DNA of 64,000 bases. Source: a virus. The stretch's first letter is position 1; each line of letters starts with the position of its first letter. The notes under the pieces were generated by a model. That model made no database searches. It had not been told where the DNA came from and saw only the letters and a program-made list of their open reading frames with translations. Of this stretch, positions 45,775 through 55,075 are shown one piece after another. The stretch spans positions 7,358 to 71,357 of the IMG/VR virus record IMGVR_UViG_3300024518_003060. One strand, written 5' to 3'. The translations under genes and the position numbers were made by a program.

Positions 45775-47573
45775 TATTTAATAGTCCCCAAGATGTTCTT
45801 ATTTGGATATTTTAGCTCAAAAATTATGTCACTTGTGGGTGCGATTACAGTGCCGTCAGCACTCAAAAACTCATCGATTGTCATCGAAGGGTCAGCATAA
45901 TCACTCCCCGTCTGGATAAATAGTTCTACATCCATAACATCGAGAACCGTTCCGACGTTTTTAAGAACCCCAAAGATATCAGTAATTAAGATAGGTTCTC
46001 CCAATTCAAAGAATCTGTTGTCAAAAAAGTTTTGGATTGCTCGGTTTGCATCATCGAGGACCAAATATTTGTTTACGTCGGGCATACCCTTGGCAACATA
46101 TTTAACGCCGAAGTTTACTATTTTTGCATCTAAAATATCAATTGTATCATTGATCATCTTATATTGATTTAACCAAGTTTTTAAATTTTGCTTGATTGTA
46201 TTGTTAGTTTTTACAAGTTTGCTGTCGCTATCTTCAGAAATGACATATAAATTCATGTTTCTTTGATTGTAGGAGTTTGGGTCTTCCATAATGGCCGCTC
46301 GCTTAATTGCGCCGAACTTCGAAGGCATGTTATAAACGATGCTTATATAGTCTTGCTTGGTCACTGCCCGGTTTTGAGTGGCAAAATTTGCTCGGGCGCG
46401 GATTCTAACTTCGTCGGAGGTCGGCAATGAGATATCGCCAACAATTGCCTCTTCGTTGTTTACCTCAAGAGAAGAGCGAACTTCATTAATTTGTGCCTGA
46501 GACAGAGATTCTGGAGAATTAAACCTCAGAAGAGCGTTTTGGACTGTTGTGATCGTGTTGGCTGATGTATTGACGTTATCTGTTGTGTTCAAGCGAAACG
46601 TAACCAGCAGTGTAGTATTTGATGGTGCCACTCCCAGCTTGTCTGTTTTATTTAGTACGCTTGGGTCAAATGATTCGTCGATAATGTGTTCTTTGCCGAA
46701 GACATTCAAGATTACATTCGAGGGGTCAAGATATTTTGTTTCTGTTTCTTCTGAACCTCCGCCAAACTGTATATAAGTATGGAGAGCATCCTTTTCAACG
46801 GAGAAGCGTCTACTAACAGCTATTGGTTTTAGAATGTTTTTAACAGTATTTCTATCATCGTTGTTGTTAACTACTGGTAAGTAAATAACATTTTGAGTAA
46901 GGTGATCCACTTCATAGTAGCGATTACCATTGCTGTCCTCGATAGAAAGAATCTCTGCGATGTCGCCAGTTTCTAATTCAAACTTGGGGAATTTAGTGTA
47001 TTCGCCAACATCGATGGTTTCAATGCCAATCTCGCCAGAAACGACTTGAGCGTTGGCCTTAATCGCATATTTTGTTGGTGCGCCAGTTTCAGAATCAACT
47101 TGGGCAACCACTTTTGCAAGATTAGAATCAGCAAAGTTGATGTCCTCAATTAAAGTAAAGGAAGTGTTGTTGGTAGAAGAAAAGGTGCTGCCTCTTTTGA
47201 CGATTGGCATATAATTTGTATCAGGTGCTACGGTATTGCTTTCTGTTGGGACCAAAATATAAAGCGTGACGGTGCCATAGGAAGATGGATTTGTTTGTAG
47301 TTTGTAGCCCAGCGTTCTGGCTAATTTTACGACGTTGTTGTATTCGATGGCAGTTGACATAAAGGATTCATTCGCCTGATAATCGAGATAAAAGGAAAGA
47401 ATATCGCCAACATAGGCTACAGTATCAATCATCAACGCTCCGAATGACGGCTGCGAGAAGTCCTTAACATGATCAGGATAATATCTTTTTGCGTAACTGA
47501 TCAGGTCGTCACGGATTGAATTAAAGTCTCTACTTGTGTAGTTTATTGACGGTTTTTTTGAATTAGTTGACAT
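45774..47573 (-). CDS. gp6: Baseplate wedge subunit, T4 gp6-like
   Basis: YTSRDFNSIR, AYVGDILSFYLDYQANESF, LARTLGYK, FATQNRAVTKQDY. Confidence 0.9.
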   Translation of the reverse strand: MSTNSKKPSINYTSRDFNSIRDDLISYAKRYYPDHVKDFSQPSFGALMIDTVAYVGDILSFYLDYQANESFMSTAIEYNNVVKLARTLGYKLQTNPSSYGTVTLYILVPTESNTVAPDTNYMPIVKRGSTFSSTNNTSFTLIEDINFADSNLAKVVAQVDSETGAPTKYAIKANAQVVSGEIGIETIDVGEYTKFPKFELETGDIAEILSIEDSNGNRYYEVDHLTQNVIYLPVVNNNDDRNTVKNILKPIAVSRRFSVEKDALHTYIQFGGGSEETETKYLDPSNVILNVFGKEHIIDESFDPSVLNKTDKLGVAPSNTTLLVTFRLNTTDNVNTSANTITTVQNALLRFNSPESLSQAQINEVRSSLEVNNEEAIVGDISLPTSDEVRIRARANFATQNRAVTKQDYISIVYNMPSKFGAIKRAAIMEDPNSYNQRNMNLYVISEDSDSKLVKTNNTIKQNLKTWLNQYKMINDTIDILDAKIVNFGVKYVAKGMPDVNKYLVLDDANRAIQNFFDNRFFELGEPILITDIFGVLKNVGTVLDVMDVELFIQTGSDYADPSMTIDEFLSADGTVIAPTSDIIFELKYPNKNILGTIK

Positions 47574-47577
47574 TTTT

Positions 47578-47988
47578 TTATAACCCTGTAGTGATGTCTT
47601 CTATGAACAAACTATCATATATGTTCAAATTAGTGATTGCATAACTTATTTCAATCGCCAAGATGTTTGAATCCATAGAAGAATTGGCACTGCTTTCTCG
47701 TTCCGAATTTAAGAACTTCACGTCCATTATATTAACAATTGGTAAATAACGCTCCACCTGTTCATTCAGTTTTGCCTGAAAGGAACGAAACAGGTTTTTA
47801 GAATAATTCTCAAATAAATATCGTCTCACGCCGACCCCAAATAAAGGATTCATTATGCGCTCGCCGGGGGATGTAAGTACAATCATTTTCAAACTTTGCT
47901 TCGTGTTTTCTCGCAAATTTTGAGTTAAAGCATAGAATCCGTCTTTCGGGGAAGCGTGTAATGGTACCTTTGGTGTAAATCCTGGCAT
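47578..47988 (-). CDS. gp25: Baseplate wedge/sheath initiator, gp25-like
   Basis: KQSLKMIVLTSPGERIMNPLFGVGVRRYLFE. Confidence 0.9.
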   Translation of the reverse strand: MPGFTPKVPLHASPKDGFYALTQNLRENTKQSLKMIVLTSPGERIMNPLFGVGVRRYLFENYSKNLFRSFQAKLNEQVERYLPIVNIMDVKFLNSERESSANSSMDSNILAIEISYAITNLNIYDSLFIEDITTGL

Positions 47989-48044
47989 ACTATAATTATT
48001 TCATTTCTCTTTTATTCACAATCTTTTTACTAAATACTCAAAAG

Positions 48045-51000
48045 TCAAAACGGTTTTAAAATTTTCGCCAAGAAACCTACGGGTGTTATCGGACCTGGGT
48101 AAAACCAAGGAGTTCTCCAAGTGGGATCAGCAAAGTTAGCCAGCGCTTGTATGAGAATTGGCAACGATGCGGCAAGGAGAGGGGGCCAATCAATCCCTCC
48201 GTCGTCAATGTCACTGGAAAATGGAGAATCAGCCGTTGCATCAGAATCTGTTTGTGAACTATCTGAGGACGAACTTGCCACGCCAATTTGACTCAAGATT
48301 GTATTGATCGTTGGGTCAAAGATTGTCGTTAGTTTTTTTCCATAAGCTCCAATGAGGGCTTCTTTCATGTTCACCAAAACCAAATCATTAAACATAGCGG
48401 GATCTAAGGCACCTTTTAACAGATTTTTGTAAAGGAGACTCATTAATGGATTGCTGGCGAGGTCTTTGACCATATCGCCGTTATGGTAATCTATCATTTT
48501 TTTGTACAAAACCTTAAAATCTTCCAAAGGGTTGAATTTATAATCATCTAAGAAATTCTTCTCAAAAGAAATAAGCGGAATTACAATTTTCAATCTGTTT
48601 ACAGTTTTGCCTTCGGTCTCGCCATATATAAAAACCTTTTCGTTGAAAAGAGTTCTTACTTGTTCAAAAAATTGTTCAGTCGACAACGAGGGGCCTACAT
48701 TGTGACGGAACACATCGTTTGATATAACGTTAAATAGGTTTTGAGCAATTGGGTCCGAAGAGTCAAGAACAAGGCACAGGCGTTGGCCAACAGCAGCTTT
48801 CTCAAGAAATGTCGCTACATCATTGTTTATCAGAAGCGTGTTGGCCTCGACGACTTTTGGGTCTGCTGGTGCTCTATCAAAGGGATCATAATAATATCTC
48901 TTAAAATCTTTCAAAGAGATCTTTCCTTGAGTTCTTAAATAGTTGTCTTTGTAGTCTTGATATATATCATTGGGGTTCAAAGTAAAATCATTTGAGCCTT
49001 GATCGGCATTTGACAATTGAGCTTCGGGGGGCAAAGGAAGCGGCGCTTTTAAAATTTTCTTCCAATCTGTTTTGTCAAGGTCATCTTGATTGGGTTCGGC
49101 TCTCCATGTTGAAGTAAGAAAATTCATGGGCCGAGCAGAAAATTCTTCTTCTTTGGTTTTTGTTTTATTGTTTTCTTCGTAAACCACAGTTTCGAATTGT
49201 TTTGCTTCGCCAAACGTTTGTCTTATGTCAACATAATTTTGTATAATGAAACCATTATAGAGCTTGCCATCTTTTTCAGTGTCGATCCTATAAACAGGAC
49301 TGTCGGTGTAATTGTAAGTTCCATCTTCGGCAGATTGATATACGTGAAGCGGTCGGATCTTGCCTTGAGAATAAATCGGCAAAGGGGTCGATACACCAAA
49401 CAAATCCTTAATTGAATCAAATGTCGTTAGAAATTTTTCTGACTTACTGGTCGATAAGCCAAGTGACATTCGTTTTTGCATTTTCTTCATTATGGTTCCG
49501 TAGTACCTATCAACATAATATGTAATAATATCACTGGTCGGTGGCTCATTAACGGGCTTTTGGCCATCAAGAAGCTGTTGGTACTTATAAATCTTCTGGA
49601 GGTCTCTCTCATAGTTCACAGAGAGGTTATTTGTTTTTACAAGGGCGTTGTTAAAGGCGTTCTGAACACTAGACATAATGATCAACTTGTTTTCTTCTTT
49701 ATTTAACGAAAAAAGTTGTTTTTGCTCAAGGCCCACAACCAAAGAAAAGTAAAAATTCAACATTTGTTGAACGATTACGGTATTAAAAAGTGTCTGGTAT
49801 AAGGACGACAGCTTTGCGATCTGAAACGAATCTGGTGAGGAGCCAAATTCGATATAGCACTGGATGTTTTTTCGAATGACCTTGAAATCTTCAAAGATTT
49901 CAGGTGCAGAAATAAGGCCGCCGTCTGTGTAGAATTTTTTTGAATCCTCGCCCTCCGAAAAAATAGTTTTGGCGGCGTTGTCTTTAAAGGGAATCATAGA
50001 AAACACCTCGTCATCAAACGCAATAAGTCCGTCAACGAGTCTGGAGACTACGCCGGAAAAGACATTTTGAAAAATGCTTCTTACAAAAACACTTGAGGCT
50101 CCAACATCCCCCAGCGTACCGTCCAGAAAAAAGTTGACACGGGCTTCTAAAGAAGCTGCGAAATCTGGAGAGACCATATCTTTTTGATCTGTCAAAATCC
50201 CATAAAGCTTTAACAAAATGTTGTCTTTTGCCGTTCTTTCATCGTCGGTGGCGCTTTCATTCAGTGTCAAATAGAAAGAGTCTAATGTGTCAGACTCGCT
50301 TGCTTGTGCTTTTGGGTCGTACTTGTCAGCATTGAAAAGCAAGTCGTGAACTGTTTTTTCAGTATCCACATACTCGGCAATCTTTTTGTGTTCAATGATT
50401 ATTTTCAAATCGCCTTCAGCATATTTGGAAGCAGTATCGACCATTAAAGTAGAAATTGATTTTTTTTCAAAATCTAATGGTATGCCTTCCCAGATATTTA
50501 ATTTCCAATCCTTAATGGCAGCACCCTTGTTAAGAAAAATATAGTAATATATTTCATCATTTATACCAAATTTAAGTCTATAGTATTTTAGATTGTCCTC
50601 GTTGGCATCTTGTGTTATTGTGAAGCCAGAACTATTGAATAAAAGCTTTTTGTTTATTACATCCGTTAAGAGGTCTTCAATGACGGTGGGTTTTTCGTCG
50701 TTGGAGAGGGCATCCTTGTCACCGTTCAAGAACTTACCAAATTTAGAATCACTTATGTCTCCTCCCTTATCGGTAAGATTTAATCCCATTTTTGCGAGCG
50801 GATTGTCAAAACTTTGGTTTAAGATTGTTGGTTTAAACTTGCCGATGTCACTATTGAATTTTCTGTTTGTGTTTTTTAAATAGCTAGTCATCAATTTATC
50901 CTGAGCTTCCAAAGAAGTCTCTGAATAGTGGTCGTCAAATACAACGGGGCCTCTATAACCTTGTTTACAATATAGTTGAGGGCCAAGATTCTTAATTTTG

Positions 51001-54000
51001 TTTTCGTCGAACATTGAAAGCAAGTCTAGAAGCTTTTTGGCGGCGGCATCAGATTCACCTTTGGCTTGATCTTTTGCTGACTGATCGTCTAAAAATCTTC
51101 TAAGGTTATCAATATAGTTTGCGTTGGGATCTTCGCAGACGTCCAAATATTCAAGCATTGCTTCTTTCATCTCTTTCAATTTAAGTTCAAGCAGATCTTG
51201 ATCGATAAGCTGGCTCAATTTCACTAAAAGTTCAATGACTATATTATCAGTGGAGGGTAGGCCGCAGCGTTCCAAAATGCCTCGGACAATTTCGAAATCT
51301 GGATCGTTCGTGTTTGATGGATTTTTAAATAGCTTGGCCTGGGTGAAGAAATTAACTTCGCTTGCAAAAGCAGTGAAAAAGCATTTTATTTCTGCCGCAC
51401 TTGCGTTTGGGAACAAGCTTGCTCCAATTGCTGACATAGCATCTTGAGGGCTATTAAAATTATTTCCCGTGGAATCGATGACGTTTTGAAGCGGATCGTT
51501 AGAACCAATGAGAGCGGCAGCAGCGCCGTCAAGCCTATCGAGGGCATCAGGATTACCATTCATTTGTTTATCAGTCCCGCTTTTGGCCGCGTCTGCCATG
51601 CCTTTTAAAATTGCCAGCATGGCTTGTTCTTTCGCTTGGCCTATAAGCACACTTATAAAAGCATTATGACTAAGAGGCGGAGTAGTGGCAGAATACCAGC
51701 CAAAACTTGGAATTTTGTTGACTTTGCTAAGACTTTTTTGTTGACTTCTGTAAACCTTGAGATCATCGTTTGAGTAGGGTTTCCCAGGTTTAAATGAATC
51801 TCGTAGCTTTTTGTTATTTTTGCTTACTAAGGTGAAAAGATGGTCAAAGTCAAGTTTTGTCTTTTTGGATTCTTGATCGACCTTCGGCAGCGTTTTTATC
51901 CACTTGGTTTTCGCTTTCTCCTGTATATCTCTCAACTTTTCCCACTCGTCCCATGCTTTCTCGTGCGCCAGACTTGCGTCTTTGTACGCTTGGTTAGAAA
52001 AGTCTGGTTCGCCATCGCCTTTATCAGTTTTTTGAAGCAGTTTGATTGCTTTTGCTTGGAGCTTGGCTGCGTGCCCGGAGGCTTTATTCATCGCTTTGGT
52101 TGCTTTATCGTATTCCAATTCTTCTGGTGATTTTGGTTTCTTGGGTTCTTCTTCTTTCTTTTCCTCAACAGGTGCCGCAAGCGGAAGAGTTTTTAAGGCG
52201 AAATTCACCACACTTCTTCTTATCGCAAGCGTGATGAAGTCTTCAGGGGCGAAATCTGGGCGTTTGCTGATTTCAACGAGTCCTTCGTTGTTTAATTCAG
52301 GACTGTTCCTATATTGCGGATTATTGTTTACAATGGTAGAAAAGACTTTTGCCTTTTGTTCCTCGGGAATCATTGTGATATAAGGAAAATCTTCAGGGAT
52401 ATATTTCGCGATGGTTGGCAATGGTGTTGCCTCATCAATAAAGTTGAATGTTTCAGGATCGTCTAATTTTGCCGCATTGTAAAAAAAACTAAAAGGAGCG
52501 TACATGGCCATTTGAAGCGGATCATAAAACGGTGTATTTTTCACGCTTATTAAGACACAATCAATAATTTCACTAACTTCGAGCGACTCTATATATGCTT
52601 GAAAAATAATCTTTTTTACTTGATCTTCGGGGACAATACTTGCCAGATCCTGTTTGGCAAAACTTGAAACTCCGGCAACGTCAACCCTATTATAAAACTG
52701 ATTATATGATGATGCTATAGTTTTTCCACCAGAGTGCTTAAGAGATTTGAGCGAACTTTTTAACGAAGGGTCACCAGCAAATTTGGTTTTGGATTTTTGC
52801 TTCTTATGAGCGGTAGCGATTTCCTCTTGAGTTGGCGGCGGCGAACCCAATGAAAATGGGGAGGATTCATCTTCTTCTTCCTCTTCCTCCGCATTGCCCC
52901 CAATAAAGCAATTTATATAATTCAAAACGCAAATAGCGTTGTTCAGTGTGATGTTTGTATTCAAGAGCGTTTTTAGCTCTCCACTCTTCAGGGTTATATT
53001 GTTGCCGTCAACTAGGGCTAAAAATTCCAAATCAGCAAATAGCTCATCTTCATCACCTTTGAAAACAAAAGTAACGGTTGAATGCGACCCCAAACCATTG
53101 TCTTTCACAATTTTCTTAAATATATCTTTAAGGGTTTTAGAATTTTCAAGCAAGAGTTCTGGAACGTCCAAGGGAAGAAGGCCCTTATTTTTCTTAGACT
53201 TTTTGACTTGTTTAATATACTTTTTAACTGAATCAAGACCTTTTTGAAAGTTTTTGACCGAGAAGCTCTTTCTGACGCCAGTGGGAACCTTTGGAGGCTC
53301 AGTGAATCCTGTAATGTCCGCCAGAGATAGAGCAGTGCTTGCGCCGAAGACATCAAAAAACACTCTTATGAACAATGTAGCTGATTTATTGTCTGGGTTT
53401 GGTTTGAGTTTAAATCCAGGTTGAAGAAATAAGAAATAATTATCTTTTATACCTAAATCTTTGTGCTCGATTAGATGCGCCTTAACATCGTAAGGGAGGT
53501 GGGAAAATCCCGTCTCTAGGTCTTCTTCAAAAAGACCGTGTGAAACAAAGCTCACTATGGTGTCTGTTACAAGTTTTGCTCTAAGTTTTTGATATTTTAA
53601 TGAGGTGATTAACTTATCATAATTTATTGGGAAGTCCGCCGATTCAACTTTAAAGTTACTGCTTAAGATGAGTTCTTTTTTCTTTAGATCAGTTTGTAAG
53701 GCAAAAACCTTGGAAAAGAAACCATTTTTATATTGGGTAGTTTTTTCCCACCAGTTTGTGACGCCGTGATTTATATCAAAAAAGCCGTCAGGGGGTTCAG
53801 GAATTTCGTAAGCTGCGTATTGGTCTTTTAGAAATTCGTGGCTTGGCATAGCCGTCGAGTCCAAGAATGGCTTGTACTTAAAGTTGATATTTTCAACAAA
53901 ACTGTCGATATATTCAGGAAGCAAAAGGTTATCTACCTGATGTCCGAGGATTGAAGTTGTTTTGTCCTTGGCCTTCAGATAAATCGGATTATTGAAGGTT

Positions 54001-54143
54001 TGGGCCAAAAGTGAATCTGGTTTCAATGGTGTTTCATTGACCACAGCCTCAGTATAGATCTTAACCGCTTTGTGATAAAGGCTTCTGGCGCCCACTTTCA
54101 CTAAAGACTTGTTATACTTTTCAAAAAAGTCGTTTTCGCTCAT
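48045..54143 (-). CDS. Very large hypothetical protein (2032 aa), likely virion-associated
   Basis: Uninterrupted ORF between gp5-like and gp25 genes; charged and helical in character; no recognisable motif. Confidence 0.7.
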   Translation of the reverse strand: MSENDFFEKYNKSLVKVGARSLYHKAVKIYTEAVVNETPLKPDSLLAQTFNNPIYLKAKDKTTSILGHQVDNLLLPEYIDSFVENINFKYKPFLDSTAMPSHEFLKDQYAAYEIPEPPDGFFDINHGVTNWWEKTTQYKNGFFSKVFALQTDLKKKELILSSNFKVESADFPINYDKLITSLKYQKLRAKLVTDTIVSFVSHGLFEEDLETGFSHLPYDVKAHLIEHKDLGIKDNYFLFLQPGFKLKPNPDNKSATLFIRVFFDVFGASTALSLADITGFTEPPKVPTGVRKSFSVKNFQKGLDSVKKYIKQVKKSKKNKGLLPLDVPELLLENSKTLKDIFKKIVKDNGLGSHSTVTFVFKGDEDELFADLEFLALVDGNNITLKSGELKTLLNTNITLNNAICVLNYINCFIGGNAEEEEEEDESSPFSLGSPPPTQEEIATAHKKQKSKTKFAGDPSLKSSLKSLKHSGGKTIASSYNQFYNRVDVAGVSSFAKQDLASIVPEDQVKKIIFQAYIESLEVSEIIDCVLISVKNTPFYDPLQMAMYAPFSFFYNAAKLDDPETFNFIDEATPLPTIAKYIPEDFPYITMIPEEQKAKVFSTIVNNNPQYRNSPELNNEGLVEISKRPDFAPEDFITLAIRRSVVNFALKTLPLAAPVEEKKEEEPKKPKSPEELEYDKATKAMNKASGHAAKLQAKAIKLLQKTDKGDGEPDFSNQAYKDASLAHEKAWDEWEKLRDIQEKAKTKWIKTLPKVDQESKKTKLDFDHLFTLVSKNNKKLRDSFKPGKPYSNDDLKVYRSQQKSLSKVNKIPSFGWYSATTPPLSHNAFISVLIGQAKEQAMLAILKGMADAAKSGTDKQMNGNPDALDRLDGAAAALIGSNDPLQNVIDSTGNNFNSPQDAMSAIGASLFPNASAAEIKCFFTAFASEVNFFTQAKLFKNPSNTNDPDFEIVRGILERCGLPSTDNIVIELLVKLSQLIDQDLLELKLKEMKEAMLEYLDVCEDPNANYIDNLRRFLDDQSAKDQAKGESDAAAKKLLDLLSMFDENKIKNLGPQLYCKQGYRGPVVFDDHYSETSLEAQDKLMTSYLKNTNRKFNSDIGKFKPTILNQSFDNPLAKMGLNLTDKGGDISDSKFGKFLNGDKDALSNDEKPTVIEDLLTDVINKKLLFNSSGFTITQDANEDNLKYYRLKFGINDEIYYYIFLNKGAAIKDWKLNIWEGIPLDFEKKSISTLMVDTASKYAEGDLKIIIEHKKIAEYVDTEKTVHDLLFNADKYDPKAQASESDTLDSFYLTLNESATDDERTAKDNILLKLYGILTDQKDMVSPDFAASLEARVNFFLDGTLGDVGASSVFVRSIFQNVFSGVVSRLVDGLIAFDDEVFSMIPFKDNAAKTIFSEGEDSKKFYTDGGLISAPEIFEDFKVIRKNIQCYIEFGSSPDSFQIAKLSSLYQTLFNTVIVQQMLNFYFSLVVGLEQKQLFSLNKEENKLIIMSSVQNAFNNALVKTNNLSVNYERDLQKIYKYQQLLDGQKPVNEPPTSDIITYYVDRYYGTIMKKMQKRMSLGLSTSKSEKFLTTFDSIKDLFGVSTPLPIYSQGKIRPLHVYQSAEDGTYNYTDSPVYRIDTEKDGKLYNGFIIQNYVDIRQTFGEAKQFETVVYEENNKTKTKEEEFSARPMNFLTSTWRAEPNQDDLDKTDWKKILKAPLPLPPEAQLSNADQGSNDFTLNPNDIYQDYKDNYLRTQGKISLKDFKRYYYDPFDRAPADPKVVEANTLLINNDVATFLEKAAVGQRLCLVLDSSDPIAQNLFNVISNDVFRHNVGPSLSTEQFFEQVRTLFNEKVFIYGETEGKTVNRLKIVIPLISFEKNFLDDYKFNPLEDFKVLYKKMIDYHNGDMVKDLASNPLMSLLYKNLLKGALDPAMFNDLVLVNMKEALIGAYGKKLTTIFDPTINTILSQIGVASSSSDSSQTDSDATADSPFSSDIDDGGIDWPPLLAASLPILIQALANFADPTWRTPWFYPGPITPVGFLAKILKPF

Positions 54144-55075
54144 TAGTTTACCTTGTTTAAACTGCTAAGGATGCAAGCACCATGTTCTGAGGGTTCTAAA
54201 TATAAATTTTTCCATTTTAACAGATCCTTGTTGCGTTGTTCACAGTCCTTAAAAGTGTTATTAGTGATTATTTCAGACGTTTGTGTGCCTACCTTTATCA
54301 ACCTTTCATTCTGAAGAATATTCATCATTTCAGGATAGCCAAGAACAGGAGAAAGTAGATCCCCGTGATTGTGTTCCATTACTTCCATATTAAATAAATT
54401 TTGTTGCTTTACGAAAGTGTGAAGAGCATCTGACACCCATTCTACTTGTTTGGCGAGCGACTTGAGCGCTTCGTAAAGGTTATTTCCCTTTACCATTTGC
54501 TGAAGATCTGAATCATCATTGCCTGCGATTATCTCAACGCCGCCGTTGCTCAGTTCAGAAGTGGCGCCAGTAGATATTGAGGCTTTACGACCAGTAATCA
54601 ATTTAATACTCTTTGTCCCGTCAAGTGTTAGGTAGTCAGTGCCAATATAAATGTTGGCTTGGTCGCCTGGGTCTGATATACTTCCTTCGGCAATTTCAGC
54701 GGAAGCAAGATTCATGCTGGTTCCAAGGATTATCTGGGAGGCATCTGAATAGAAGTTATTGCCAACGTAAGGGATGTCTTCGCCGGTTTCGGGGTCTATG
54801 GCGGTGATGTTTTTTAGGGCAGCGCCGTGGCCAGCGGTGATAAAAATTTGGTCACTATTGGGTGCAGAACCACTGCTTAGAATTGCGATACTCGAATTAA
54901 GATATTTTCCAACAACTTTAGAGTTAGCGGGTCTGGTCACGTCGACAGTCGATTCTAGTTTTGGAGAACCTAAAACACCAGATGAAGCGGCGGCGTCTCC
55001 TGCTGATGTTCCTTCTAGTGTTGGCTTTGATCTGGTCTCAGATAATTTTTCTACCCCAAATGGACTTTTTGACAT
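54143..55075 (-). CDS. Possible baseplate spike-related protein
   Basis: Beta-strand-rich middle, QMVKGNNL, late HNH (HxH) motif; follows the gp5-like gene. Confidence 0.45.
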   Translation of the reverse strand: MSKSPFGVEKLSETRSKPTLEGTSAGDAAASSGVLGSPKLESTVDVTRPANSKVVGKYLNSSIAILSSGSAPNSDQIFITAGHGAALKNITAIDPETGEDIPYVGNNFYSDASQIILGTSMNLASAEIAEGSISDPGDQANIYIGTDYLTLDGTKSIKLITGRKASISTGATSELSNGGVEIIAGNDDSDLQQMVKGNNLYEALKSLAKQVEWVSDALHTFVKQQNLFNMEVMEHNHGDLLSPVLGYPEMMNILQNERLIKVGTQTSEIITNNTFKDCEQRNKDLLKWKNLYLEPSEHGACILSSLNKVN

